64,000 nucleotides of DNA from an uncultured Clostridia bacterium (GTDB taxonomy: Bacteria > Bacillota > Clostridia > Christensenellales > Borkfalkiaceae). Shown in pieces: positions 26,264 to 35,530 of this stretch. Where the stretch lies: contig CALVZL010000005.1 in NCBI GenBank assembly GCA_944372525.1, forward strand, positions 4,200 to 68,199, read 5' to 3'. Within the stretch, counting starts at the first letter, position 1; each line of letters starts with the position of its first letter. A program made the translations under genes and the position numbers. The notes beneath the pieces are model-generated. The model searched no databases. It was not told the origin of the DNA and worked only from the letters and a program-made list of their open reading frames with translations.

Positions 26264-28263
26264 GTCCGAACTCCTTTGACGAGTACGGTCCGCATGCCGC
26301 TGCCGACGCCGGAACGGCTCTCTCCGTCATCCTCGCACAACTCGTATGACACGGCTCCGTCCGAAAAACAAATCCAGTCCAAATCGCTCAGATCCGTCGA
26401 TTCCAGATTTTCCGCAGGCTTTGCAAGCGGCAGAGCACAGCCTTCGCGCAGAAAGAACACGACTTCCTCGGGCGGCACGGTGAGGAAGTGATCTCCCTTC
26501 TCCAACGGCTCCTCCTCCGCAAGCCTGCCATCCCGCAGACGGACGGGTTTCATCCGCTCGGGAAGATAGACATAACGTCCCGAAGCGTTTTGCTCATACA
26601 CGGGCGCGATCATCAGCGATCCTCCGAAGAGGAGCTGATCCTCCACCCCTCTCGCGCGTGCGTCCTCCGGATAGTCGAACGCAAGCGGACGGAAGAGCAT
26701 CTCCCCGCGCAACGCGCACTTCACATATTCGCTGTAAAGATAGGGGATCAGCGCATAGCGCAGACGCAGGATTCCCCGGAACGCCTCTCTGCTGCCGAAC
26801 CGATAGCATTCCTGTTCCCTCGTGCCGAGCGCAGAATGATTGCGCATCAGAGGCACGAATACCCCGAGCGCCAGCCAGCGCAACAGCAGATCTTCCGTCG
26901 TATTCTCCCCGAATCCGCCCAGATCTGCCCCGACGAACAAAAAACCGCACATGTTCAGCGAGGGCAGCATCTGCAGGTTGAGAAGAATATGTCTCCAGCG
27001 GGAAGCGTTGTCGCCCGTCCAGATGCCGCCGTAACGATGCATCCCGATATAGGAAGAGCGGGAAAAGAGCAGATACCGCCTGTCGGGGGCATATTCCGCG
27101 AAATATTCCGCCGCCGCGCGCGTCATATAATATCCGTAGAGATTGTGCACGCGGTCATGGCGGATGCGTCCCTCCTCCGTCTCGTGGTAAAAACTCGCAT
27201 AATCCTCGCCGTTGTTTTTCAGCGCGTCGACACTTCCCGCCGTCTCCCGATAGACGTTTAGCGGGTCTCCGCCCCGCAGAGCGGAGATCTTTTCAAGCGT
27301 TTCGTCCAGCCGTTTGCGCCCGTAAAAAGTCGCGGGTTCGTTCATGTCGTTCCAGAATCCTTCAATGCCGCAGTCAAGCAGCATCTTATACCCGGAACCG
27401 AACCAGGCACGCGCGGCGGGATTCAGGACGTCAGGCAGCACGCTGTCGCCCGGCCAAACGCCGACGACGAACGGCTCGCCTTGCCCGTCTTTGCAAAAAT
27501 ATCCGCGGGCAACGCCCTCATCGTAAACAGAATAGCCTTCCTCCGCCTTGACTGCCGCGTCTATGATGGGGACGAGACGAATCCCGCGCGCTTTCATCTC
27601 TTTGACAAACGCCGCGAAATCCGGGAAACGGGACGCATCGATCGTAAAATCACGGAACCCGTCCATATAGTCGATATCCAAGTAGATCATGTCGAGAGGA
27701 AGCCCCGCTTCGCGGTATGCGTCCGCAACGGCGCGGACGTCCTCCTCGCTTTGATAGCCCCAGCGGGACTGTCCGTATCCGAACGCCCAGCGGGGCGGGA
27801 TATAGCTCTGCCCGATGAGACGGCGGAACTGCGAGACGATCTCCCGCTCCCCTCCGCCTTCCAGGATCCACAGGTCAAAGTTCTCCCCCGTGACGGTCAG
27901 TTCGTCCCGTTCGGAATAGCCGACGTCAAAGACGACCCGCTCTCCGCAGTCGACAAACACGCCGAACGTCCTCTCTCCGCTCAGCAAAAAGAAATTGTGC
28001 GAGCCGTAGAGCGAAGACCGCGCTTCGCTGATATGCGGGTCGTCCGTGTTCCAGCTTTCATACACCCAGCCCCGCTTGTTGATCCCGCGCGCCGACTCGC
28101 CCAGTCCGTAGACGATCTCGCCGCGCGCGAGCTTCAGGCTCAGCCGCACCCCTTGCTCCGTCCGTTCGGCGCGGAAGGGCGACGGCGCTCCGTCCGTCAG
28201 CGGGACCTGTTCCCGTATCGCATCCGTGCGGACGGGGTCTCCGTAACGATATCTCCTGATCAT
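26260..28263 (-). CDS. GH31 alpha-glucosidase-type glycoside hydrolase, cytoplasmic
   Basis: GFWNDMNEP (nucleophile Asp), GIWTGDNASRW and GADLGGF, with the typical GH31 length of 667 aa. Confidence 0.85.
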   Translation of the reverse strand: MIRRYRYGDPVRTDAIREQVPLTDGAPSPFRAERTEQGVRLSLKLARGEIVYGLGESARGINKRGWVYESWNTDDPHISEARSSLYGSHNFFLLSGERTFGVFVDCGERVVFDVGYSERDELTVTGENFDLWILEGGGEREIVSQFRRLIGQSYIPPRWAFGYGQSRWGYQSEEDVRAVADAYREAGLPLDMIYLDIDYMDGFRDFTIDASRFPDFAAFVKEMKARGIRLVPIIDAAVKAEEGYSVYDEGVARGYFCKDGQGEPFVVGVWPGDSVLPDVLNPAARAWFGSGYKMLLDCGIEGFWNDMNEPATFYGRKRLDETLEKISALRGGDPLNVYRETAGSVDALKNNGEDYASFYHETEEGRIRHDRVHNLYGYYMTRAAAEYFAEYAPDRRYLLFSRSSYIGMHRYGGIWTGDNASRWRHILLNLQMLPSLNMCGFLFVGADLGGFGENTTEDLLLRWLALGVFVPLMRNHSALGTREQECYRFGSREAFRGILRLRYALIPYLYSEYVKCALRGEMLFRPLAFDYPEDARARGVEDQLLFGGSLMIAPVYEQNASGRYVYLPERMKPVRLRDGRLAEEEPLEKGDHFLTVPPEEVVFFLREGCALPLAKPAENLESTDLSDLDWICFSDGAVSYELCEDDGESRSGVGSGMRTVLVKGVRT

Positions 28264-28276
28264 CTCTTCCTCTCCT

Positions 28277-30151
28277 TCATTCGTTTACGTTGACGGAACT
28301 CATCCTCCGCCACCGCCATTCGCACTGATCGAGATCCTTCTCGAATTCTGTTCCGTGTCCCATAAAACAAAGCAGTTTCTCGCCCAGCTCCGGGATCTCT
28401 CCTGTCTCGCCCGTCAGATATGCCTCCGTCTTGCGGATCGCGGAATGCAGCCGCCGCTCGAGCGCGCCGATGCGAAGATCCTGCACGTCGAATCCGTGCG
28501 GCATGTTTTCCCTCTCCCATTGCGCGAGCAGGGCGCGGTAGAAGGCGTCGACCCGAACGCAAAGTTCTTTCAGTCTGCCGCATTCCGCACGCAGCGCCTC
28601 CCGGTCTCCCTGTTGATACGCCGCGCGCAGACGGATGCCGATCTCCGATTTGATCTCGAGCACCTCCGCAAGGCGGCGCTGCGTCTCAAAGAGGTAACTC
28701 CATTTGCCCGCTTGCCGCTCCGCAGCGAGCAGCGCGCGCGCATGCGCGGCATACCGCTCCCCGAGCCCCTCTTCCACCGTGGTGTCGAGAGTTCCGAGCA
28801 ATACGTCGTTAAACAGCAAATACTTGTTTGCGCTGTTTTTCTCTTCCACGTCGTCGTGATCGGTGAGGCGATTGCACAGATCGACGGTCATAAACGCGTC
28901 GAACGGCATTCCCGCAAAAAGTTCGAATCCTGCTTCGAAGCGTTCGCCCTTCAGCGGCTCTCCCGCGTTGATGCAGGAACAGGCATACAGAGAGGGAAGC
29001 GTTGCAAAGACAGAACAGTCCGCGCCGTTGTCTCCCCAGCCCGTGACAATGAAATGCTCCACGCCTTCTTTGACGCAGGCACGCGCCGCCGCCTCGCAGG
29101 AAGCGAATGCATATCGGTTATCCGGCGTGTAGCCCAGCCATTTCCATGCTCCGCCCGCAAAACCGATCTCGTTGGGAAACGCGCGGTGTTTGCGGATCAT
29201 CGCATCGTAATGCGCCTCATCCGTACTGCAATAGTCCCAATAGATGAGCTCTACGCCTTCGGGCACCTTCTGTATCACTTCCGGGGGAAGCCCCTCCGCA
29301 TATTGCCCGTTCATGGTAAGCGAAAAGAACATGTCCGACCACATCATCGGAGAAAATCCGTATTTTTTGCAGATGCCGATGATTTTTTCGAGATGTTCTG
29401 CCATGATGTCGAAGCGATCGCGGGCGCCGTGCAGATCCATGTATTTTCCGCGCCCGAGCATATATGCTTCGTCCATGCCGATATTCATCCGCCGAGACGA
29501 GAAACAGGAGGCGCACGTCGCGATCAGCGCCTCGATGAAATCGTACGTCTTTTGTTCTCCCACGAGCAGAATATCGTTGACATCGAACAGGTCTGCCATT
29601 GCATAATGCCGAATGAGCGTATTGAAATGCGCAAGCGTCTGGATAAAGGGAATGAGTTCGATCCCGAACAGTTTGCAATACGCATCCGTGCGGCGCAGCT
29701 GCTCCGCCGTGAAAGGCGTGCGAAGATATCCGAAATAGGGATATCCTTCCACACGGAAGGTGTCCTCCATATACAATCCGAAGCTGTCATATCCCAGCAC
29801 CGCGAGATGGCGGATGAGAGAAAAAAGCGTCTCTTCGCGCGGGACGGCATTGCGCGAACAATCAAGCATATAACAAAGTTCATGAAACGTACCGTTCAAA
29901 GAAATCTTGATCGGCTGCGCGGGAACGCTTTCCCGACAGAGTTCGGCAAAGCGCCTGAGCGCATAAAAAATCTGAACCCGTTTGCGGACACAAACGAGCA
30001 ACCTCCCCTTGTCATAGACAAGCGCGGCTTCCTCCGCGTCCTCTTCGACGTCAACGGGGATTCCCTCACGGCTGAGCGCAAAGCCGAATTGTCCCGAAAG
30101 CTCCGCCGCCGCCCGCGCGATCTCCTCCGAACGGATATTATAATTCATCAT
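28277..30151 (-). CDS. GH20-family beta-N-acetylhexosaminidase-like protein, cytoplasmic
   Basis: YMLDCSRNAV at the start of the barrel and the catalytic-pair region RRMNIGMDEAYMLG (D-E). No signal peptide. The start overlaps the ROK stop (ATGA). Confidence 0.7.
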   Translation of the reverse strand: MMNYNIRSEEIARAAAELSGQFGFALSREGIPVDVEEDAEEAALVYDKGRLLVCVRKRVQIFYALRRFAELCRESVPAQPIKISLNGTFHELCYMLDCSRNAVPREETLFSLIRHLAVLGYDSFGLYMEDTFRVEGYPYFGYLRTPFTAEQLRRTDAYCKLFGIELIPFIQTLAHFNTLIRHYAMADLFDVNDILLVGEQKTYDFIEALIATCASCFSSRRMNIGMDEAYMLGRGKYMDLHGARDRFDIMAEHLEKIIGICKKYGFSPMMWSDMFFSLTMNGQYAEGLPPEVIQKVPEGVELIYWDYCSTDEAHYDAMIRKHRAFPNEIGFAGGAWKWLGYTPDNRYAFASCEAAARACVKEGVEHFIVTGWGDNGADCSVFATLPSLYACSCINAGEPLKGERFEAGFELFAGMPFDAFMTVDLCNRLTDHDDVEEKNSANKYLLFNDVLLGTLDTTVEEGLGERYAAHARALLAAERQAGKWSYLFETQRRLAEVLEIKSEIGIRLRAAYQQGDREALRAECGRLKELCVRVDAFYRALLAQWERENMPHGFDVQDLRIGALERRLHSAIRKTEAYLTGETGEIPELGEKLLCFMGHGTEFEKDLDQCEWRWRRMSSVNVNE

Positions 30152-31026
30152 TTGAATGTTACCCCGCTTTTTCCGAATTCAGTCCCAAGATCCAGTCCGA
30201 GCGCGCCGAAAATCCCGGCACGCGGTCCGAGACGGGCAAACGCCACATCCTCTTTCTTTTCGATCATAGAGAAAAACATATTTTCCGATTGCGCAACTCC
30301 GCCGCCCAGCAGAATTTTCTGCGGCGAAAGCGCCGTACGAATATCGTCGAGCAGGAGATTGAGGCGGCGGGCAAACGCGGCGAAGATCTCCTTTGTCCAC
30401 TCCTCCCCCGCGGCATGGCGTTCGAACAGCTCCCTGCAACTCTGCAGTGCATGAAATTTCCTCCTGCCGCTGCGCAGAAGCGCGGTCGCCGAAAGATAGC
30501 TCTCGGCACAGCCCCGTTTTCCGCAGCTGCACCGTCTGCCCCCGGGAACCAGGCAGAGATGTCCCCAGCGCGCTCCGTCGAAGGCTTTGCCCCGTACGAT
30601 TTTTCCGCCCGCCATGCTCGCGCCGCCGACGCCCGTCCCGAACGTGAGCATGGTCACGTCGGTCAGTTCGGGATAAAACTTCAGTTCTCCCAAAAGAGCG
30701 CATACGGCGTCGTTTTCCGCGCGGCAGGGCGTGCGATAACGCGTCCCGACGCTGCCTGCAAGGTCCGCGCCCGTCCATCCGCGCAGATTGTCCGTCGCAT
30801 AGACGCAGACACCGCGCGCGGGATCGATGTTTCCTGCAGAGGAAATGCCGATGAATCGGACGGATTCCGTCATCAGGACGTCGATCAGGGCAAAGAGCTG
30901 CGAAAAGATCGCCTCCCTGCCCTCCTGTCCGCGAGTCGGAAGAGAGAACTCCCGCTCAATTTGATCCCCGTCCGCGCGCACGCCCTTAATCGTCGTCCCG
31001 CCGATATCCACGCCGATCTTTTTCAT
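30148..31026 (-). CDS. ROK-family sugar kinase (GlcNAc or ManNAc kinase candidate)
   Basis: ATP-binding MKKIGVDIGGTTIKG and the ROK zinc motif CSCGKRGCAESY. Confidence 0.85.
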   Translation of the reverse strand: MKKIGVDIGGTTIKGVRADGDQIEREFSLPTRGQEGREAIFSQLFALIDVLMTESVRFIGISSAGNIDPARGVCVYATDNLRGWTGADLAGSVGTRYRTPCRAENDAVCALLGELKFYPELTDVTMLTFGTGVGGASMAGGKIVRGKAFDGARWGHLCLVPGGRRCSCGKRGCAESYLSATALLRSGRRKFHALQSCRELFERHAAGEEWTKEIFAAFARRLNLLLDDIRTALSPQKILLGGGVAQSENMFFSMIEKKEDVAFARLGPRAGIFGALGLDLGTEFGKSGVTFK

Positions 31027-32543
31027 GGCGTCCTCTCCTTCTCCGTCAGACGGATCTCTGCCTCAAACATCCGCCGCCAGGGCATCTCCACCGAGACATC
31101 CTCCACGCGTGCCGCCAGTTCGGGAAAGCGCTCCCGCATACGGGCGATCAGCCGTTCGCGGACGGCAGAGGCAACCGCTCCCGCCTTTCCGTCCGTATGA
31201 AAATAGTCCAAACCGAGCACGGGAAGCACCTGTTCCGTTACTTCCTTCCGCACGATCCCCATATAGCCCATATCCTCGTAATAGCGATGCAGCAAAAAGC
31301 GCACCCGCCCCCGCTCGTCGCCGCCGCACAGCCAGAGCACACTCTGACACATTGCCGTGCCGAGCGTATTGGAGGAAGTGTTCCAGCCTGCGTAGGCATG
31401 AACGGCAAGCAGCAAGCCCTCCTCCCGCATCAGGTGAAGCAGCTCTCCGTCGCTTCCGTTGCAGGTGGCAACGTCTCCGACCGCCACCGTCTTGCCCTCC
31501 TCCAGCGCATAGCGAAGAAAGGCAACAAACTCCGCAAGATTGCGTTCGACGTCGAGATGCAGGACGGCTTCCGGAGAATCGGGGTCGCACATGCCCGACC
31601 CCATATTGATCCCGAGCACGATGTCTGCTTCGGGAAGCGAATACACCCTCCGTCCGCCCGCCGCGAGAATATGATATTTGACCGTTTCGTCGAGCGGACG
31701 GTCTTCAAACCAGGGAATGACTGCTCCCGCCTTCGAAGAGGCGTAGTGCACATAGACGCGCGGCCGGACGCCGTGCGCTTCGGCAACCGCCCTGCCCAGA
31801 AGAATGAGACCCGTATCGTCGGCAGAGGGATACATCGCCGTCTTTCCGTGAAGCGCATGTTCTTTGAGAAACTGCCGCACCGTGATCTGATTCATCGAAG
31901 TAAATCCGTAGACCGCCGCGTCATCCTGCGGTACGATAAAATAATCCGCCGTCCCGTCGCGGAGGAATTCGAGATCGTGCAGAAGAACGCATAGGTTTTT
32001 CTCCCGCCGACCCGTAAAATCGGCAAGGACGTCGGCGGGGATCTCCCGCTTCAGACGGACAAACGCCTCCTCTTCCTCTTGCGTGAGCTTTCCCAACTTT
32101 TCAAGATGCGTATATCGTCCGAACAGATGCAGCTCTTTGCCGAACTCGTCGTAATAGTCCGGTTCTTCGTCGCTGAGAGAGTAATCCGGACAGCGCATGA
32201 TGAGCTGAAAGAGATAGAGCTTCATCTTCGGATTGACGCGGCGCAATTCGCGCACAAGGTCTGCGCGCGCCGCAAGCGTTTCGAACGATTCCCCGTGCAG
32301 ACGGGAAGGGACGATCCCTCCGTAAACGAGCGTGTCCAGCGAAAGAATGCAGGCGTCCGCGTCGGCGCACTCCCGCAGCAGCCATTCGCCGAGCCATGCC
32401 GTGTCCGCGGGGACCTTTTTGTCCCCCATCCGCTCGCGGGGAGGCAGTCTAAGCAAGTAATCCGCCTCCGGCATCAGCTGCGGATAAATATAGTTGCACG
32501 GCCGCTCGTCGAGCGGAAGCATCACGATCTTTGTCATAGACAT
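31023..32543 (-). CDS. DUF4127-family protein (uncharacterised), paralogue 2
   Basis: MSMTKIVMLPLDERPCNY from the ATG at 32543 (GGGAGAA RBS), and YAGWNTSSNTLGT near the C-terminus. The 59 residues upstream in the track ORF are Arg/Gly-rich and overlap the SGNH gene, so I excluded them. Confidence 0.7.
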   Translation of the reverse strand: MSMTKIVMLPLDERPCNYIYPQLMPEADYLLRLPPRERMGDKKVPADTAWLGEWLLRECADADACILSLDTLVYGGIVPSRLHGESFETLAARADLVRELRRVNPKMKLYLFQLIMRCPDYSLSDEEPDYYDEFGKELHLFGRYTHLEKLGKLTQEEEEAFVRLKREIPADVLADFTGRREKNLCVLLHDLEFLRDGTADYFIVPQDDAAVYGFTSMNQITVRQFLKEHALHGKTAMYPSADDTGLILLGRAVAEAHGVRPRVYVHYASSKAGAVIPWFEDRPLDETVKYHILAAGGRRVYSLPEADIVLGINMGSGMCDPDSPEAVLHLDVERNLAEFVAFLRYALEEGKTVAVGDVATCNGSDGELLHLMREEGLLLAVHAYAGWNTSSNTLGTAMCQSVLWLCGGDERGRVRFLLHRYYEDMGYMGIVRKEVTEQVLPVLGLDYFHTDGKAGAVASAVRERLIARMRERFPELAARVEDVSVEMPWRRMFEAEIRLTEKERTP

Positions 32544-33655
32544 TTCTCCCGCGCCGCAAGATTTTTTCGGATGCGCGCGAGCGTGCGCGCGTAGTCGGCG
32601 GCGATCGCCATCATGCCCGCATCGTTCGGATGTACGCCGTCTGCCGTGTAGATCGTAAAATTTCCCGGGAAAATGTGCGTCCCGTCCGCAAAAAACGCCG
32701 CCTTGTTCCGCCTTCTCCACGCCGCCGCAAGTTGTTTCAGAAACACATTGTAGCGCTCATGCAGACGCGCGCGTTCCTCGTCGTACAGATCGAGCGCAAA
32801 CAGCACGCGCGAATAAAGCACCACGGCGGTATCCGGACTCTTTTCCCAAAACGTCTTCAGAAATTCCTCTGCCCGTTCCATCAGGCACAGATCGGTGCCC
32901 GCATTCGGCTCGGTATCCACGATCAAGACATCGAGCGAACGGGACCCTAAAATTTCTGCCATTTCCCGCTCCATGAACGCAGATCCGGAGAATCCGAAGT
33001 TAAGCACTTCCGCGTCCAGCGCTGCGCTGAGCAAATTGGAATATGCCATTCCGGGATGGGAAGCGCTGCATCCCTGCGTGATACTCGTGCCGTATATTCC
33101 GTATCGGGTTCCGTCTGAAAACGCAATGGGCCGCACGACGGCGTTTGCATCCAGTCCGATCTCAAAGGAATCGACGATCATATAAAGGGGAAGACAGATG
33201 CGACAGCGCCGCATCTGCCGCTCTTTTCCCTCGAAATGCCCGAGCGGAACCTCATAGCGGTCGGCATCAAACCCGAAGCGCGCCACCTCATGAAGACACT
33301 CCGCACCCATCCGCTCGTCCCAGACGAACAGATCCGCTCCGCACTGCCCGATCTGGGTCATGTTCGTCATGTCAAATTTCGAACGCAGCGCAACCCGTAC
33401 GAAAATGCGCGAGGAGTCCGTCTCGAATCGCAGTCCGATTCCCGCGGAATGCTCGCCCAGCCATGCCTCTCCGTCGTTCACGGGACGCAAAAGGGCGCGT
33501 TCGCGCTCGGTCAGGCGGCAAAACCCTTTTTCGCCGAGTGCATCCGACCCGTAAATCCCGAAGGCGGGATCTTTCGCGCTCCGAAAAACGAGCTCGCCTG
33601 ATTCCGCCTTTTCCGTCTTCATATTGCGGTCGATCTCAGAAATATGCCGTTCCAT
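32534..33655 (-). CDS. SGNH/GDSL-family esterase with an N-terminal beta-sandwich domain (carbohydrate deacylase candidate)
   Basis: Block I IYGTSITQGCSAS (nucleophile Ser) and block V DGVHPND. The N-terminal part has a GADLF (GxDLY-like) element. Confidence 0.75.
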   Translation of the reverse strand: MERHISEIDRNMKTEKAESGELVFRSAKDPAFGIYGSDALGEKGFCRLTERERALLRPVNDGEAWLGEHSAGIGLRFETDSSRIFVRVALRSKFDMTNMTQIGQCGADLFVWDERMGAECLHEVARFGFDADRYEVPLGHFEGKERQMRRCRICLPLYMIVDSFEIGLDANAVVRPIAFSDGTRYGIYGTSITQGCSASHPGMAYSNLLSAALDAEVLNFGFSGSAFMEREMAEILGSRSLDVLIVDTEPNAGTDLCLMERAEEFLKTFWEKSPDTAVVLYSRVLFALDLYDEERARLHERYNVFLKQLAAAWRRRNKAAFFADGTHIFPGNFTIYTADGVHPNDAGMMAIAADYARTLARIRKNLAAREKCL

Positions 33656-33671
33656 TTTTGCCGCTCCGAAT

Positions 33672-35096
33672 TCAATCCTCTCTCGTCGTGATCAGCAGTC
33701 CGTTCATGACCGAACGGGTGTTCAGCAACTCGGTGCTTGCCGTATCGCTCGAACGGACGACGACGCGCGCCTCCGTCTCCTCTGCACCGCGTACGACGAG
33801 CTGCGTCGAGCCTCCTCCGTCAAAATTCGCCGCCTGCTCGCAGCCGTAGAAATAGGCAAACTGCGCCAGTTCGGGAAGATTCATTCCGTGAAGATCCCCT
33901 TCCGAATCCTTCTTCCCGTAATACATCGATTCCACGGCAAAGAGCACCACCGTTCCGTCCGCTTTGATCCCGATCGCCGTGCGCGGAACGTCCCTGCTCT
34001 GCGCGCCGTTGGTGTTCTCCAGCGTCACGGTGTCCGCAACCGCTCCGTCGACGACGAGCGCCTGACGGCAACCGAGAATGGTCTCGTATCCGTCCCACAG
34101 TCCGTCCGGAGACGTTACGGGAAGGGAGACCGTATCCCCCGCGGAGACCTTTCCGATGAGCCCGTACGCTCCCGCATATGCCAATCCCGTCACAATGTAC
34201 GCATAATCTCCCTGGACAGCGGTCAGTTCGGTCGCCTTGGAGATCTGAACCTTTTCCAGCACCTTCATCTCCGAATAACCCTGCGAGACGTCCACTTTGA
34301 TCGCGACGCCCATGCTCACCGACAGGGAACCCGTCGTGAGGAAGCACGCGCGATCGGCGCTCGGAGCCGTATTTTCCGCAACGGAAACTTCCCCGCCGCC
34401 GACGGACAGCGCGCCATAGCTGAGCTTCGCCGTGATGACCCCGCGTTTGACTTCCGCAGAGGTAATATCTCCCTCGTAAGAGACGATGGGCGCGATTTGC
34501 GCGGAAGTCCCCTTGATGCCGAACAGCATAGGCGCGGATGCGGGAACGTCTGAATTCAGGTCGAGATAGTCGTATACGCCCGCGTCGTTATGACCTGCCT
34601 TCACGATCACGCCGTCTTTGACAAAGGCGTTGACGCAGGTGCTCCCGAAGAAATCCGCATTGATGGATGCATAGACATGTCCTCCCGTCGCACTTTCCCA
34701 CGCCTGCGCCTGTGCGTAGGGCACCGATTTCTCCCAGGCAAATCCCGCCGCAACGTTATTCTTCGTGCCGGCTCGGATATCCGCTTCGGACAGATCGACT
34801 TCGATCGCATAGACGGCGGAAACCGTATCGTTGCTCTTGGTCACGGTATTTTTGACCATCGTCACTCCGTCGCCCAGTTCCGTCACCTCATAGGACACGC
34901 TGCCCCCGTCAAAAAGCGTCGGCGCATAGTCCGTGCGGTAAGTCGGCGCAAACGGAACATCGGGCTCTTCGGTGTTCCCGCCCGGCTCTTCGGTGTTCCC
35001 GCCGTTACAGGCGCTCAGCGCAACGGCAAACAGCATGAGAATCCCCAGCAGCACACAGATCCATCTGACAGAAAAACGTTTCGATTGCCCCGTCAT
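33672..35096 (-). CDS. membrane-anchored phosphodiester glycosidase (NAGPA/DUF2233-type) domain protein
   Basis: N-terminal anchor/lipobox-like VRWICVLLGILMLFAVALSAC. The C-terminal PRTAIGIKADGTVVLFAVE and ANFDGGGSTQLVV are typical of the NAGPA (uncovering-enzyme-like) domain. Confidence 0.7.
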   Translation of the reverse strand: MTGQSKRFSVRWICVLLGILMLFAVALSACNGGNTEEPGGNTEEPDVPFAPTYRTDYAPTLFDGGSVSYEVTELGDGVTMVKNTVTKSNDTVSAVYAIEVDLSEADIRAGTKNNVAAGFAWEKSVPYAQAQAWESATGGHVYASINADFFGSTCVNAFVKDGVIVKAGHNDAGVYDYLDLNSDVPASAPMLFGIKGTSAQIAPIVSYEGDITSAEVKRGVITAKLSYGALSVGGGEVSVAENTAPSADRACFLTTGSLSVSMGVAIKVDVSQGYSEMKVLEKVQISKATELTAVQGDYAYIVTGLAYAGAYGLIGKVSAGDTVSLPVTSPDGLWDGYETILGCRQALVVDGAVADTVTLENTNGAQSRDVPRTAIGIKADGTVVLFAVESMYYGKKDSEGDLHGMNLPELAQFAYFYGCEQAANFDGGGSTQLVVRGAEETEARVVVRSSDTASTELLNTRSVMNGLLITTRED

Positions 35097-35530
35097 TTTT
35101 TATCTCCTTGCAAAAGAATTTTCATTTCGTCTCAATTTTACTACGGAATCCCGCTTGTGTCAAGATTTTATGAAAAAAATTTTCTTTATTAATTCTATGT
35201 TTTGCCAAAATAAAAGTCTGTCGGCTAAGCCAACCGTTGTTCGGTTTCGGGCTGTCAGTCTTGCTGTTCCCTGCGGCGCGCAAAAACGCCTGCGGCGACC
35301 CGGCAATCATTCGATTGCCGTCTGTCCGCCGTCGGCACGTCTTTTCGTGCAAATTGTTCTTTGCCGATTGCCTCGCCCCGTCCCCCCCCTTCTTTTTTCC
35401 TTTTCTGTTTGCTTTTTCAACGGGTTCTCTCTTTTTGCCCTCCTGCCGTTCCGCTCTCATCTCTTCTTTTTCGCCGTCGGCAATGCTGATTTTGCACTCC
35501 CGGACAGTCCGTGAATTTTCTTCAGATCAA

